A stretch of 64,000 nucleotides of DNA from an uncultured Spirochaetota bacterium (GTDB taxonomy: Bacteria; Spirochaetota; Brevinematia; Brevinematales; JAOACQ01). The notes beneath the pieces are model-generated. The model made no database searches. It had not been told where the DNA came from and saw nothing but the letters and a program-made list of their open reading frames with translations. The position numbers and the translations under genes were made by a program. Where the stretch lies: positions 1,696,001 to 1,760,000 of the forward strand of contig CAVYGN010000001.1 in NCBI GenBank assembly GCA_963768055.1, read 5' to 3'. Below are positions 47,258-58,818 of the stretch, piece after piece (within the stretch, counting starts at the first letter, position 1; each line of letters begins with the position of its first letter).

Positions 47258-48004
47258 ATGGAAATTCTCAAGGGTTGGGAGCCGTTTTCATACGATAACG
47301 GCTCGAATATCGGAATTCTTCTTTCCCAGGGTTTTACAGGCAGTACTTCGAGCGTTATTTACCTCGGCCGCAAGTTGTCGGATGAGGGTTTTAATGTAGA
47401 GGGCCCGAGGCTTTCAGGTCATGGCACAAGATGGGAGGACATCATAGGGGTGAGCTATAAGGACTGGTTATCCGACGTTGAAAATTCGTACGGAAAATTG
47501 AAGAAAAATTCTAAAATAATTTTCACAGCCGGCCTTTCCATGGGCGGAACGCTGGCTCTCAGGCTCGCCGAACTTCATCCTGAGATCAGGGGCGTTATAA
47601 CGATCAATCACGCCCTTTTAGCAGCTGCTAACCTCGAGCCGATTGTCCCTGTCCTGAAATTATTCATAAAATCGACAAAATCAATTGTAAGCGATATCAA
47701 GGATAAATCCATAACCGAGACCGGTTATGACCGGACGCCCGTAGCCGGCGTTCATGAACTGATCAAGCTGCAGAAAATTACAAGGGCCGGCATCGGAAAG
47801 ATAAAAGCGCCGGTACTAATGTTCAAATCAAGGATTGATCATGTGCTCGATGTCAGGAACACTGTTTGGGCCTACGCGAAAATCACTTCACCTGAAAAGG
47901 AACTGATCTGGCTGGAAAATTCTTACCATGTCGCCACAATGGACTTAGACAAGGATATCATAGCTGAAAAAACAATTAAATTCATAAAAAGCCATAGTTC
48001 ATAG
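47258..48004 (+). CDS. Carboxylesterase / monoacylglycerol lipase-like
   Basis: QGFTGS, GHGT, GLSMGG, DHV, NSYHVAT.D. Confidence 0.88.
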   Translation: MEILKGWEPFSYDNGSNIGILLSQGFTGSTSSVIYLGRKLSDEGFNVEGPRLSGHGTRWEDIIGVSYKDWLSDVENSYGKLKKNSKIIFTAGLSMGGTLALRLAELHPEIRGVITINHALLAAANLEPIVPVLKLFIKSTKSIVSDIKDKSITETGYDRTPVAGVHELIKLQKITRAGIGKIKAPVLMFKSRIDHVLDVRNTVWAYAKITSPEKELIWLENSYHVATMDLDKDIIAEKTIKFIKSHSS

Positions 48005-48014
48005 AGGGGCTTCA

Positions 48015-49520
48015 ATGGATAAAAGATATGTCGGGGCCATCGATCAGGGTACTACCAGCACCCGCTTCATCCTTTACGACAGGGACGGGCTTGAAAAAGC
48101 CTCCTCACGCAGGGAGCACTCCCAGATCTATCCGAAGCCCGGATGGGTCGAACATGACGCGCTTGAAATATGGGACAGGACCTGCGGCGTAATCCGCGAT
48201 ACACTTGATAAAAGCGGCATAAGCCCGGGTGAAATAGCGGCAATTGGAATTACCAATCAGAGGGAAACAACCGTTGTTTGGAACAAAGAAACCGGAAGAC
48301 CATATTATAACGCGATAGTCTGGCAGGACACCAGGACCTCCGGCCTCCTCGCCGAGCTTGGCGGCAGCGTTGGCATCGACCGCTTCCGCGATATAACAGG
48401 ACTGCCGCTCGCAACATATTTTTCAGGGCCGAAAATCAAGTGGCTTCTTGATAATATTTCAGGGTTAAAAGAAGCCTCGGAAAAGGGTTTGGCCCTGTTC
48501 GGCAACATAGACGCATGGTTATGCTGGAACCTTACCGGGCGGCATTTTACCGACTTTACTAACGCCAGCAGAACGCTTCTGTTTAATATTCATAAATTAT
48601 CCTGGGATGACCGAATGCTGGATATTATGGGTATAGATAAATCCATGCTCCCGATGGTCAGGCCTTCGAGTTCTTCGGACGATTGCCCAATGACTAAACG
48701 GGACGGACCCTTCGGAGAAGAAATACCCCTGTCCGGCAATTTAGGGGATCAGCAGGCAGCTCTTTTCGGCCAGGCATGTTTTGACGCCGGTGATGCGAAA
48801 AATACATATGGAACGGGGTGCTTTCTCCTTATGAACACCGGTGATAAGCCCGTGATCTCAAAAAACGGCCTGCTAACTACCGTCGGCTACTCGCTGGGTA
48901 ATGGAAATACGGCTTACGCCCTTGAAGGTTCGATAGCTGTTGCGGGTTCACTGGTGCAGTGGGCCAGGGATAAGCTTTGCATAATAAAATCCGCGCCTGA
49001 GATCGACGAACTGGCTTCAAGCGTGCCTGACAACGGCGGTGTTTATTATGTCCCCGCTTTTTCCGGACTTTTCGCTCCCCACTGGAGAAGCGATGCCAGG
49101 GGTGTTATAGCAGGATTGACGCATTATGCGGGAAAAGCTCAGATTGCAAGGGCTATATTGGAGGCGACGGCATATCAGACCAGGGATGTGTTCGATGCTA
49201 TGATGTCGGATTCGGGCTTGACCCTGAAAGAGCTTAAGGTTGACGGAGGGATGACGGTAAGCGATATTCTTATGCAGTTCCAGGCCGATATTTTAAACGT
49301 TAAAGTATTGAGGCCTACGGTCACAGAATCGACGGCGCGGGGAGCCGCTTATGCCGCCGGCCTGGCTGTTGGTTTCTGGGACGGATTGGACGACCTGAGG
49401 AAAAACTGGAAATTAGACAGGGAATGGAAATCTGAAATGGATGAAGATACCCGCCAGAGGCTTTACAGGTTCTGGAAGAAGGCCCTTGAAAAATCTTTCG
49501 GATGGACGGAACAGCAATGA
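48015..49520 (+). CDS. glpK: Glycerol kinase
   Basis: [44 protein letters not shown]. Confidence 0.97.
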   Translation: MDKRYVGAIDQGTTSTRFILYDRDGLEKASSRREHSQIYPKPGWVEHDALEIWDRTCGVIRDTLDKSGISPGEIAAIGITNQRETTVVWNKETGRPYYNAIVWQDTRTSGLLAELGGSVGIDRFRDITGLPLATYFSGPKIKWLLDNISGLKEASEKGLALFGNIDAWLCWNLTGRHFTDFTNASRTLLFNIHKLSWDDRMLDIMGIDKSMLPMVRPSSSSDDCPMTKRDGPFGEEIPLSGNLGDQQAALFGQACFDAGDAKNTYGTGCFLLMNTGDKPVISKNGLLTTVGYSLGNGNTAYALEGSIAVAGSLVQWARDKLCIIKSAPEIDELASSVPDNGGVYYVPAFSGLFAPHWRSDARGVIAGLTHYAGKAQIARAILEATAYQTRDVFDAMMSDSGLTLKELKVDGGMTVSDILMQFQADILNVKVLRPTVTESTARGAAYAAGLAVGFWDGLDDLRKNWKLDREWKSEMDEDTRQRLYRFWKKALEKSFGWTEQQ

Positions 49521-50989
49521 AGAAACCGGAGCAAAATACATTTGATTTTATCATAGCAGGAGCTGGAATTATCGGGACCCTTATCGCTCGGGAACTGTCC
49601 AGGACAAAAAACAGGGTCCTGTTGATCGATAGGGAATCCGATATAGGCATGGGGGCCAGTTCGGCTAACAGCGCTATTATCCATGCCGGTTACGACCCGA
49701 GGCCAGGCACCCTTAAAGCCGATATGAATGTCAAAGGGAACAGGCTCTGGGAGGAAACGGCTTCTTTACTCGATATACCCTTTAAAAGAACGGGAAGTTA
49801 TGTTGTGGCTATCGGCGGCGTGGAATTCCAGAATCTTGAGACTCTGTACCGGAGGGGGATTGCAAACAGCGTACCAGGGCTCCGGGTTCTTTCCCGGGAT
49901 GAGTTTTTGACAAGAGAGCCTCTGATAAACCCCTTAGCGAGCGGAGCGCTTTATGCCCCAACCGCCAGTGTGATCGATCCGTTTATGTCGGTTATAGCCG
50001 CGGCAGAAAACGCCGCGATGAATTCCGTTACGGTTCTTACCTGCACCGAATTGAAAGGCCTGATAATCCAGAAAAAAAGTATAATAGGGATAATCACAAA
50101 CAGGGGCGATTTTTTTACAAGGTGGCTGATAAATGCGTCCGGAATAAATTCCGATATCATAATGCACATGGCCGGCATCAGGCCTGAGTTCAATATCAGG
50201 CCCCGGCGGGGGGAATACCTGATATTCGATTCGGCAAGGATAAGCCTTAACAATGTTTTATTCCCCATCCCATCGGATAAAGGAAAGGGAACCCTGGTTT
50301 CAACCACTGTGCATGGGAATGTCATGATAGGCCCGAACTCAAAGGAAGTGGAAGGCGCTCATGAAACTGAAACTACCGGAGAGGGTTTGAGCGATGTTCT
50401 GAAGAGCGCGGCTAAACTTGTGCCCTCGCTCTCAGCCTCAGATGTTATCGCAGAGTTCGCCGGCCTCAGGGCTTCGGGGAAGAACTATAATGATTTCATC
50501 ATCGAGGTCCCTGAAGGGATCGATGGAATGCTGAACCTGGCGGGGATCGATTCGCCGGGGTTCGCGAGCGCTCCCGCTATAGCGGCCAGGGTAATGGATC
50601 TTTTGCGCGATTCAGGGGAGAAGTTCGAATTCAAGAAAAATTTTAACCCGAAAAGAACTGCCCCTCCATGTTTTCACAGACTGTCACACAAGGAAAAAGC
50701 GGAACTAGTCAGGAAAAATCCCGCCTACGGCAGGATCGTTTGCCGCTGTGAGGAAGTAACCGAAGGCGAAGTGATAGATGCAATCAGGTCTCCTGTCGGC
50801 GCGAGGACTTATGACGGTATCAAGAGAAGGACATGGCTTGGAACAGGACGGTGCCAGGGAAGCTTCGATTATCCGAGGGTTATCGGCATTATGAGCCGTG
50901 AACTTGGAATATCAGTTTCTAAAATAACAAAAAAAGGCGACGGTTCTGAATTTGTTTTCAGGCATACAAAAGATAAAGAGGCCGGATGA
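49517..50989 (+). CDS. FAD-dependent glycerol-3-phosphate dehydrogenase subunit with BFD-like [2Fe-2S] domain
   Basis: [39 protein letters not shown] overlap with glpK. Confidence 0.88.
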   Translation: MKKPEQNTFDFIIAGAGIIGTLIARELSRTKNRVLLIDRESDIGMGASSANSAIIHAGYDPRPGTLKADMNVKGNRLWEETASLLDIPFKRTGSYVVAIGGVEFQNLETLYRRGIANSVPGLRVLSRDEFLTREPLINPLASGALYAPTASVIDPFMSVIAAAENAAMNSVTVLTCTELKGLIIQKKSIIGIITNRGDFFTRWLINASGINSDIIMHMAGIRPEFNIRPRRGEYLIFDSARISLNNVLFPIPSDKGKGTLVSTTVHGNVMIGPNSKEVEGAHETETTGEGLSDVLKSAAKLVPSLSASDVIAEFAGLRASGKNYNDFIIEVPEGIDGMLNLAGIDSPGFASAPAIAARVMDLLRDSGEKFEFKKNFNPKRTAPPCFHRLSHKEKAELVRKNPAYGRIVCRCEEVTEGEVIDAIRSPVGARTYDGIKRRTWLGTGRCQGSFDYPRVIGIMSRELGISVSKITKKGDGSEFVFRHTKDKEAG

Positions 50990-52281
50990 AAGATATTTAC
51001 GATGTTTTAGTCATAGGAGGAGGCCCGGCGGGCCTGGCCGCCGCGATAGAGGCAAAAAAATACGGGGCCCTTGACGTTCTTGTTCTTGAAAGGAACAGCG
51101 AAGCGGGAGGAATCCTCCACCAGTGCATACATAACGGTTTTGGGGCCGTTTACTTCAATAAAGATATGCCCGGGCCGTCCTACGCCGAGCATTTTATCAG
51201 GGAAGCTGAAAAATACGGGATCAATATCCTTACGGATACCGCGGTTATCGATATGACCCCTTCAAGGCATATATACGCGAATAATACCATAAGCGGATTT
51301 ATCGAATTGCAGGGAAGGTCCATAGTACTTGCCATGGGATGCCGTGAAAGGACCAGGGCCCAAATAAGGATCCCGGGCAAGCGCCCGGCCGGCGTCTTTA
51401 CGGCAGGAACGGTGCAGAGGATGGTTAATATTGAAGGATATATGCCCGGTAAACGCTTTGTTATCCTTGGAAGCGGAGATATAGGCATGATCATGGCAAG
51501 GCGTCTTACCCTGGAAGGGGCTAGGGTAGAAACTATTCTGGAAGCCATGCCGTATATTACAGGCCTGAGGAGAAACTTCGTTCAATGCCTGCAGGATTTC
51601 GGCATTCGCCTGGAACTTGGTTCTTCTATAAGCGGGATAATAGGTGAAAAAAGAGTGGAGGCCGTCAAAACCGTTAAAGTCGATGAGTCATTCTTTCCCG
51701 TACCCGGAACTGAAAAGATTATAGAATGCGACACTCTGCTGATATCCGTGGGGCTGATCCCCGAAAATGAGCTTTCCCGCAAGGCTGGTATCGAACTGGA
51801 TCCTCTTACAGGCGGCCCCGTTGTAGACGATAAAATGGAAACGAGCATAGACGGGATTTTCGCCGCGGGAAACGCCGTCACCATCTACGATATAGCAGAC
51901 TACGTAAGTCTTGCCGGTTTTACGGCAGGGAAAAACGCAGCCCTTTTCGCGGAAAGGTTTAAAAATAACATAATTGCATCGAGACATCCCGACAGAATTA
52001 AAATAATCTGCGGTAATAATGTCAGGAGCGTTGTGCCCCAATTTATCTCCCCTGAAACTCTCGCAGGCGAGGTTTTCACTCTGGGACTCAGGCCGTCAAA
52101 GCCGATGGAGAAAAAGGTCCTTCTTGAAATCCTGTCCGGCCGCAGCATTATTAAATCCTATAAAGAAAATTACGCGAGGCCGTCGGAAATGATCATAAAA
52201 AAGATAAAACCTAATGAATGGTTCTCTCCCGGTATTTATGAGTCGGGCGAGTTAGAGGTCCGTCTTATTAAAATGGTTTAG
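50986..52281 (+). CDS. Pyridine nucleotide-disulfide oxidoreductase (G3P dehydrogenase partner)
   Basis: GGGPAG, GGIL.QCIHNGFG, AMGCRER, ILGSGDIG. Confidence 0.88.
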   Translation: MKDIYDVLVIGGGPAGLAAAIEAKKYGALDVLVLERNSEAGGILHQCIHNGFGAVYFNKDMPGPSYAEHFIREAEKYGINILTDTAVIDMTPSRHIYANNTISGFIELQGRSIVLAMGCRERTRAQIRIPGKRPAGVFTAGTVQRMVNIEGYMPGKRFVILGSGDIGMIMARRLTLEGARVETILEAMPYITGLRRNFVQCLQDFGIRLELGSSISGIIGEKRVEAVKTVKVDESFFPVPGTEKIIECDTLLISVGLIPENELSRKAGIELDPLTGGPVVDDKMETSIDGIFAAGNAVTIYDIADYVSLAGFTAGKNAALFAERFKNNIIASRHPDRIKIICGNNVRSVVPQFISPETLAGEVFTLGLRPSKPMEKKVLLEILSGRSIIKSYKENYARPSEMIIKKIKPNEWFSPGIYESGELEVRLIKMV

Positions 52282-52289
52282 GGGGGGCC

Positions 52290-52667
52290 ATGGAAAACGA
52301 TCTGAATAAAAAGCTTATATGCATAAGGTGCCCCAGGGGCTGTGAAATTCAGACCTCCCTGGACGGATATGGGATAATCACCTCCATAAGCGGTAATTTC
52401 TGCAAACTCGGGGATGATTACGCAAAGACCGAGCAGAGAGACCCCAGAAGGACCGTCACTACTACAATAAGGGTTAAAAACGGGAACTACCCGCTTTTAC
52501 CGGTCTGGACTACGAAACCGATCCCAAAAGAAAAGATCTTCGAGCTTATCGATATGCTAAGAAATATGGAATTGGATGCCCCTGTAGCCATCGGCCAGGT
52601 TGTCCTTGAAAATATTTTCAACCTGGGAATAGATGTAACGGCAAGTAAAAGCATTGCTAAGGCTTAA
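52290..52667 (+). CDS. DUF1667 Cys-rich protein (G3P dehydrogenase operon)
   Basis: CIRCPRGC..GNFC..G..YA..E..DP.R. Confidence 0.85.
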   Translation: MENDLNKKLICIRCPRGCEIQTSLDGYGIITSISGNFCKLGDDYAKTEQRDPRRTVTTTIRVKNGNYPLLPVWTTKPIPKEKIFELIDMLRNMELDAPVAIGQVVLENIFNLGIDVTASKSIAKA

Positions 52668-54519
52668 GTATAATTTGGTGCGAAATGACAGCTTGTTCCT
52701 GCACGGTTTCCATAGCTCCGTTTTCAATCTCTTCGAACCCTGCACTTACAAAAAGCCTTCCCCTCAAAATGGAAACGCAAAGAGTTTTTTCATTGTCCCT
52801 TTTAATCGTTTTTTTTAAATCGCCGATAAGCCCGCTTATCTCGTCAATGGAGAAAGGCATGGGTTCGGCCGGGATTACAAGCATCACCGCACAGGCTGAA
52901 AGAAGTGGAAAGTGCCTCCTTTTTCCCTCCCGGTTCAGCGAGGTTATATAACCTTTTTGCCTGTCCTCTTCAGAATAGAGAGAGAGAATTTCCAGGGCGT
53001 ATTCATCGAGGATCTTATTCATGTTTTTAAAAACCGTCTCGAACCTGTCATCTTTTGACTTAAAGCCCGCGAAAAAATCATCCCCTCCAATATGAGCTAT
53101 AAAAAATTCTCCGGAGTACCGGCCAAGGATATCCGAGAATTTCAGCAAGGCCCTGTCTCCCTGCCTGAAGCCGTATTTATCGTTAAAGGCTTTGAAATGA
53201 TTAATATCAAAGTAAATCAGGAAATGTTCCATATCCGTTTCTTCCAGGATGCCGGATAAATATTGATATATGGAATTGTTGCCCGGAAGTTTGGTAAGGG
53301 GGTTCTGGTTCATGGCTGTTTCAAGGTTTTTTTCATGGATCGCTTTCAGCAATTCCTTGGCCCCTAGAAAACCGATATACTTCCCGTTCTCTGTTATTAT
53401 TATACCGCCTGAGTCCTCGTCGATCGCGAAAAGTTCGAGGATTTTTTCAATCCTGGTGTTGACCTCCGAAACTGGATTTTTCATGACAAAATGCTCCGAA
53501 TTTTCGGACAGGGTCTTGTTTTTCAGGACCTCTTTACCATACGGGGAATAGATATAATCCTTCAAGCATTCCTCGCTGATTATCCCCAGGGGCTCGTATT
53601 CTTTATTTATAACAGGGAAAAAAGTATTCTTTTTATTTTTTTTGAATATCTCGAAAATTTCAAAAAGCTCCTTATCGATTAGCACAGGCTCTATGAATTC
53701 CATCTGTTTGAAAATGAGGTTTTCATCGATGGTTTTTTTCCTCTTATCGATATTATTCAGGAATTCAATATATTCTATCTTATTTTTGAATTGCGCTGTT
53801 GCAGAGTCGGGTTGTCCGAGCAGGAAGCCCTGGATCAGGTCGCAGCCTATGCTTTTGCAGAAATAATATTCGTTCTCTGTCTCGATCCCCTCCGCTATGA
53901 CCAGAATTCCCAGCATATGCGAGATGTTTACCAGATAGGAAAGCAGCAGCCTTTTTTTTGAATCTGCATGGATATTGGAAATAAAAAAACGGTCGATTTT
54001 AATATAATCGGGCTCGAAGTGGTATAAAAACTCGAAACCGGAAAATCCCGTTCCGAAATCGTCGATTGCTATTTTAAAAAAATGGTCTCTGAGGCCGCCG
54101 AGCAGATTCTTTGTCTTTTCGAAAGAATCGAAAGTATGTCTCTCTGAAATCTCGAAACAAAGCTGGTTGGGATCGAGTGAAAATTTTTTCATGATCGATC
54201 TGGCGTATTCTTTTTCGAAGCCATCCAGTTGAACGACCCTGTTATCGATATTGTAAAATAGCTTGATGTGATCCTGCGTGTTTATTTCCTTAAATTTAGC
54301 CGCGGCCTTTTCAAGAAGAATTCTATCCAGTTCAACAAGAAAATTTTCAGATAAAGCCTGGTCGAACACGGATGAAATCTTGCCAAAGCCGCTCTTTTGA
54401 TAATCCCTTAAAAGGGCTTCGACCCCGAATACTTTACCGGTGTATGTATTGACAATAGGCTGGAAGGCGTAATCGAAGCCGGATGAAATATTTTCCCATT
54501 TTTTACTTTTTTCGTTCAT
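52657..54519 (-). CDS. EAL-CBS-GGDEF c-di-GMP enzyme
   Basis: AFQPIV, VEALLR, IAIDDFGTG, AEGIET, NPLTKLPGN, HIGGDDF. Confidence 0.92.
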   Translation of the reverse strand: MNEKSKKWENISSGFDYAFQPIVNTYTGKVFGVEALLRDYQKSGFGKISSVFDQALSENFLVELDRILLEKAAAKFKEINTQDHIKLFYNIDNRVVQLDGFEKEYARSIMKKFSLDPNQLCFEISERHTFDSFEKTKNLLGGLRDHFFKIAIDDFGTGFSGFEFLYHFEPDYIKIDRFFISNIHADSKKRLLLSYLVNISHMLGILVIAEGIETENEYYFCKSIGCDLIQGFLLGQPDSATAQFKNKIEYIEFLNNIDKRKKTIDENLIFKQMEFIEPVLIDKELFEIFEIFKKNKKNTFFPVINKEYEPLGIISEECLKDYIYSPYGKEVLKNKTLSENSEHFVMKNPVSEVNTRIEKILELFAIDEDSGGIIITENGKYIGFLGAKELLKAIHEKNLETAMNQNPLTKLPGNNSIYQYLSGILEETDMEHFLIYFDINHFKAFNDKYGFRQGDRALLKFSDILGRYSGEFFIAHIGGDDFFAGFKSKDDRFETVFKNMNKILDEYALEILSLYSEEDRQKGYITSLNREGKRRHFPLLSACAVMLVIPAEPMPFSIDEISGLIGDLKKTIKRDNEKTLCVSILRGRLFVSAGFEEIENGAMETVQEQAVISHQIILKP

Positions 54520-54634
54520 AATCCTTCCCGTATGGAGAAAACATGCATAGTTATAAGATTTTAATAAGCGATTGTTTTTAAAATGTTAATTGAAAATTAA
54601 TTTTGCGTGAAAAAGATCCCGATCAAGGGCGCTT

Positions 54635-56329
54635 CTAATAACCTTCGTAATTCGACAGCATTTCCATTGCATGGGCGCGGCTTTTATCGGTCTCTCCGCC
54701 CAGCATCCTGGTGATCTCATCCACCCTTTTTTCGCCTGTTATCTTTTCGATCGTTGTAAATGTTTTATCGTCTTTGACATATTTTGAAATCTGATAATGG
54801 TTTTTTGCCTTTGATGCGATCTGGGGCAGGTGGGTTATAACGATCACCTGTTTGTCCTCGGCTATTTTCCGCATTTTTTCAGCGACATTGTTAGCGGTGA
54901 CTCCCCCTATTCCGGAGTCTATTTCATCGAAAACAAGGGTTTCGATCATATCGCTCTGAGCAAATACCGATTTAAGGGAAAGCATTATCCTTGAGATCTC
55001 CCCTCCGGAGGCTACTTTTTTCAAGGGCTTTGGATCTTCTCCCGGGTTTGAGCTTATGAAAAACTCGACCCTATCCATTCCCGTTTCCTGGATTTTTATA
55101 GGGATGCCGTTAATAATAAATGGACTTGATTCCTCTTTTACATATTTTATATCCACCAGGAATTCGGCCTTTTCCATTCCGAGAAAAGAGAGCTCTGTTT
55201 TAACCTTGCCCGCCAGTTCTTTAGCCACATCCTGCCTTTTTCTGGATAAATTCACAGACATTTCAATCAATTCATTTTTAATTTTCTCAATTTCTTTATT
55301 CAATGTAAGAAGCTCAGCCGCCCTGTTTTCAAACTTTACAAGTTTCTCCGAACATTCATTCATATACTGAAGAAGTTCTGCAATTGAGTTTTTCCTGTAT
55401 TTTCTTTTAAAGTCTTTTATCAATTCAAGCCTGTCGATAGTGTTTTCCATGACTTTCTGGTCAAAGTCAAGTTCCCCCCTGAATTCGGAAATAAGTTTGA
55501 CGCTTTCATTCAGCTTGGTCTGCGAATCCTCCAGTATTTCCAAAAGTTCGCCGTAACGTTTATCGAGGCCGGTTATGTCCCGCAGCGATGATATGGCCCT
55601 TGCCAGCCTGCCCGATACGGATAACTCCTCGTCGTACAAAATGCCGCGTGCGGTTGAAAAGGCAAGTTCGAGATTTTCAGAATTTTCCATTTTCTTCAGG
55701 GCTTCCTTGAGCTCCTCTTCCTCATCGTTGTGAAGTCCGGCACCTCCGATATCCTTAACGGCCTGTTCCCAGAAGGCCTTTTCTTCCTGTAGTTTCGCTT
55801 CATCCAGCTCTAATTCCGCCTTTTCATCGAATTTTATCTGCAAAAGCTGAAAGGTTTGTTGTATTTCCCCTCGTTCAAGCCTCCCGTAATTGTCCAGAAT
55901 ATCAAGATGGACCTTCTGGCTGAGCAGGAGCTGGTGGTCATGCTGGCCATGGATGTCGAGAAGCCATTCCCCAAGTTCTTCAAGCCTCGACACCGGTTCC
56001 TGCAGGCCGTTGATAAAGATCCTGCCCTTGTTGCCCGGTGCAACTTCCCTTCGAAGAATGATGCTTCCATTCATATCGAAATTCAAATCTCTTAGCTTTT
56101 TGGCTACATCGCCGCTTTTTACAATTATCTCGGCCTCGATAAGGGCTTTGTCTTCGCCAGTCCTGATCGAAGAAGAATCGCCCTTCTCACCCATAAGCAG
56201 GCTGAGCGCCCCTATTATAATGGATTTTCCTGCCCCGGTTTCACCGGTAAATACACTGAAGCCGTCGCCGAGTTCTATTTCAAGGGAATCGATGATAGCG
56301 TAATTTTTGATAAGGAGCCTTTCGATCAT
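54635..56329 (-). CDS. recN: DNA repair protein RecN
   Basis: GETGAGKS, IHGQHDHQ, KVASGGEISR, FDEIDSGIGG, ITHLPQIA. ATG overlaps the nadK stop. Confidence 0.97.
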   Translation of the reverse strand: MIERLLIKNYAIIDSLEIELGDGFSVFTGETGAGKSIIIGALSLLMGEKGDSSSIRTGEDKALIEAEIIVKSGDVAKKLRDLNFDMNGSIILRREVAPGNKGRIFINGLQEPVSRLEELGEWLLDIHGQHDHQLLLSQKVHLDILDNYGRLERGEIQQTFQLLQIKFDEKAELELDEAKLQEEKAFWEQAVKDIGGAGLHNDEEEELKEALKKMENSENLELAFSTARGILYDEELSVSGRLARAISSLRDITGLDKRYGELLEILEDSQTKLNESVKLISEFRGELDFDQKVMENTIDRLELIKDFKRKYRKNSIAELLQYMNECSEKLVKFENRAAELLTLNKEIEKIKNELIEMSVNLSRKRQDVAKELAGKVKTELSFLGMEKAEFLVDIKYVKEESSPFIINGIPIKIQETGMDRVEFFISSNPGEDPKPLKKVASGGEISRIMLSLKSVFAQSDMIETLVFDEIDSGIGGVTANNVAEKMRKIAEDKQVIVITHLPQIASKAKNHYQISKYVKDDKTFTTIEKITGEKRVDEITRMLGGETDKSRAHAMEMLSNYEGY

Positions 56330-57195
56330 TTGTGCCACCCCAATTTTTCCCTCAATATGCTGAAGTACTCTTTTTCACCCAGGTCATAGACCCTGACACC
56401 GTTGGGGATTTTTTTGAACATCATTTTATCTCCTATAGAGAGATAAAAGTTTTCCTGGCCGTCGATTGTGAGGGTTGTATCATGTTCGCCGATCAAAAGA
56501 ACGATATGGAGTTCCTTGTTCACCGAGGTCACAATTGGCCGGACCCCTAGAATGTGGGGACAGATAGGAGTTATTATTATGGCTTCAACGTCCTGGGTAA
56601 GAATAGGCCCCCCCGCAGCGAGATTGTAAGCCGTAGAGCCTGTCGGGGTTGAGACGATAAGTCCGTCGGAACGGTATTGAGACAGGACCTCATTGTCGAT
56701 GCATACCGACAGTTCAACCATTCTTGAAAGCACTCCTTTGGACACTACCGCGTCGTTTAAAAAAGGGCAGGTAAATACCCTTTTCCCGTTCCTTATCACT
56801 GACACTTCTATAAGGATCCTGTCGTAAACCCTGATTTCGTCCCTTAGTATTTTGTCGAGGGCCGTTTCGATATCGGCAGGCTTTACTTCCATTAGAAATC
56901 CCACCCTGCCTGCATTTATACCGAGTATCGGCAGACGGAAGGGGTGAAATGTCCTGGCGGTGAAAAGGAAAGTACCGTCTCCTCCGATAGTTATTATCAA
57001 ATCATAATCGGTAAATTTGAATCCTGAATCCAGGTCGGTAATGAGATTTTTATTTTGAAGTTTGAAATATATCGGACTTGTCACATAAGATTCTATATTT
57101 TTGGATTTCAGCAGGACCTGTATATTGCCAAGGATTTTCCCCACCCTGCTCTTTCTTATATTGGCTACTATCAATACTTTTTTTATCCTGGCCAT
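56326..57195 (-). CDS. nadK: NAD kinase
   Basis: GGDGTFL, GINAGRVGFL, LND, DGLIVSTPTGSTAYNLAAGGP. Confidence 0.96.
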   Translation of the reverse strand: MARIKKVLIVANIRKSRVGKILGNIQVLLKSKNIESYVTSPIYFKLQNKNLITDLDSGFKFTDYDLIITIGGDGTFLFTARTFHPFRLPILGINAGRVGFLMEVKPADIETALDKILRDEIRVYDRILIEVSVIRNGKRVFTCPFLNDAVVSKGVLSRMVELSVCIDNEVLSQYRSDGLIVSTPTGSTAYNLAAGGPILTQDVEAIIITPICPHILGVRPIVTSVNKELHIVLLIGEHDTTLTIDGQENFYLSIGDKMMFKKIPNGVRVYDLGEKEYFSILREKLGWHK

Positions 57196-57205
57196 TGACG
57201 CTAAC

Positions 57206-58114
57206 CTATTTTAATTTTTTATCTAAAAACCGTGTAATTTTAACCTTGAGAAGCCCCCAGAAACGCTTACCGAACCTGTCGGAATAATCCTCAAGGGCCT
57301 TTTCCAGGGAAATATCGCCGTATTTTTCCTTGAGAAAATGCCAGTGATCCATAAGCCATATATATAAGTCGCCTTCCTCGCGCCCGGGAAATTTCCTGAG
57401 TATTTTTCTCTTCTTTATGAGTTTCGTTACTGGAAGAAAGAGATCATAATACCACAATTTGATGGAATCTTCCCAGCTTATCTCGTGCTTTTTTGCTTCA
57501 CTTTTAAAATATTTATATGTGTTTATATGTTCTATCAATCTATAATAACCCCAGGGGTTTGTCAATTTTATCCTTACATTTGGGAAATATTTATCGAACT
57601 TCGTTTTGTCCAGGAAATATTTGTGGCTCTCGGCAAGAAGAAGCTCCTTCTCGCTTAATTCTGAGAGTTCCACTTTTGTGAACAATTCTACTACGTCCGC
57701 GTCTATAAATACCTGGCCGAGTTCCTTGGCAACGGATACTCTGTGATTCCCGTCGCGAACGAAATAATAATCGCCGATTTTGTAAACAAGGATGGGCGGC
57801 AGGTGCGTATCCTTCAGTTTTGCAAGTTCGATATTCTGCCATCGTCCACGATTGTAGTCTTTCAGGGGAAGAAAATTAATATCGAAATCCAAATACCGGC
57901 CTTCGCTCCCCATAATTTTATCGATCGGTATGGCATGCAAGCCCCTGTAGCTCATTCCTTCGGGCGAGAGCATGGATTTGACTTCGTCAAACCTGAATAA
58001 TTCGTTCCTTTTCCTGAATATCTTGTTAAGGATCTCCTTAAAGAACGCTTTATTACGCGCCCTGTCGAAAGCCTCCCTTACCTGTAAAACAAGGGGATCA
58101 TGATATTCACTCAT
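57206..58114 (-). CDS. ParB/Srx-like domain protein with helical C-terminal domain (DUF4032-like)
   Basis: IPIDKIMGS..R..DFD..FLP, RW, PPILVY, YFVRDGNHRVSVA. Confidence 0.75.
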   Translation of the reverse strand: MSEYHDPLVLQVREAFDRARNKAFFKEILNKIFRKRNELFRFDEVKSMLSPEGMSYRGLHAIPIDKIMGSEGRYLDFDINFLPLKDYNRGRWQNIELAKLKDTHLPPILVYKIGDYYFVRDGNHRVSVAKELGQVFIDADVVELFTKVELSELSEKELLLAESHKYFLDKTKFDKYFPNVRIKLTNPWGYYRLIEHINTYKYFKSEAKKHEISWEDSIKLWYYDLFLPVTKLIKKRKILRKFPGREEGDLYIWLMDHWHFLKEKYGDISLEKALEDYSDRFGKRFWGLLKVKITRFLDKKLK

Positions 58115-58129
58115 TTACATCCCCTTTCG

Positions 58130-58807
58130 TTAAGCCTTGATATCCAGAAAGACAAAATCATAACAATTAATAACCTTCGTGCCTTCATACTCGAATATCC
58201 TTTTTTCTGTCAAATCATAAATATGGGTATGGCCATGGAGAAGGTATTTAGGGTGATACCGCTTTATAAAGCGTAGTAATGCCTTGAAGCCCTTATGCGC
58301 CTGGTCCTGCTTGTCATGAATACCCGACGGGGGGGCATGGGTGATAAGAACGTCTATATACCTGCCTGAAAACAGCCTGTTAAGATAAAGCCTCGGTTCG
58401 ATCCTCAATATCTTCCTGCGCATCTGGTTTTCCGTATACTGGTGCTCTCCCTTATTATAGAGTAATGAGCCTTCAAGCCCTCCCATTATGACAGGGCCTA
58501 TTTTCTCTACCCTTTCGTCCATGTTATTACCGCCGAAATCCATTTGCTTTTTCCGGGAACCGGGATTAATGTCGCTGAAAATCCCTTTTTTCAGGAAAGT
58601 CTCGACATTGTCTTCCGCTTGTTCATAATGATCATGGTTTCCGCAAACGTAGTAAAGGGGTTTTAAAAGACTTGAAGCAAGGTAATCAAGATAATAAACG
58701 GGCAAATCGCCGCAGGAGATTATGGCGTCGACGTTGCCGGCCATTTCCCTTACGCGCGAACTATAGAGTTTGGAGTTTACAATATCACTGACGGCTAATA
58801 CTCTCAA
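58130..58807 (-). CDS. Calcineurin-like metallophosphoesterase
   Basis: TTG start. AVSD, SCGDL, GNHD, THAPP, HGHTH. Confidence 0.9.
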   Translation of the reverse strand: MRVLAVSDIVNSKLYSSRVREMAGNVDAIISCGDLPVYYLDYLASSLLKPLYYVCGNHDHYEQAEDNVETFLKKGIFSDINPGSRKKQMDFGGNNMDERVEKIGPVIMGGLEGSLLYNKGEHQYTENQMRRKILRIEPRLYLNRLFSGRYIDVLITHAPPSGIHDKQDQAHKGFKALLRFIKRYHPKYLLHGHTHIYDLTEKRIFEYEGTKVINCYDFVFLDIKA

Positions 58808-58818
58808 ATCTATCCCTT

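Noticed and set aside
43763..58114. ParA (43763) and ParB-like gene (57206) as a chromosome partition pair
   Set aside because: They are 13 kb apart in unrelated operons. The ParB-like protein lacks the HTH/dimerisation region, and I saw no parS palindrome.
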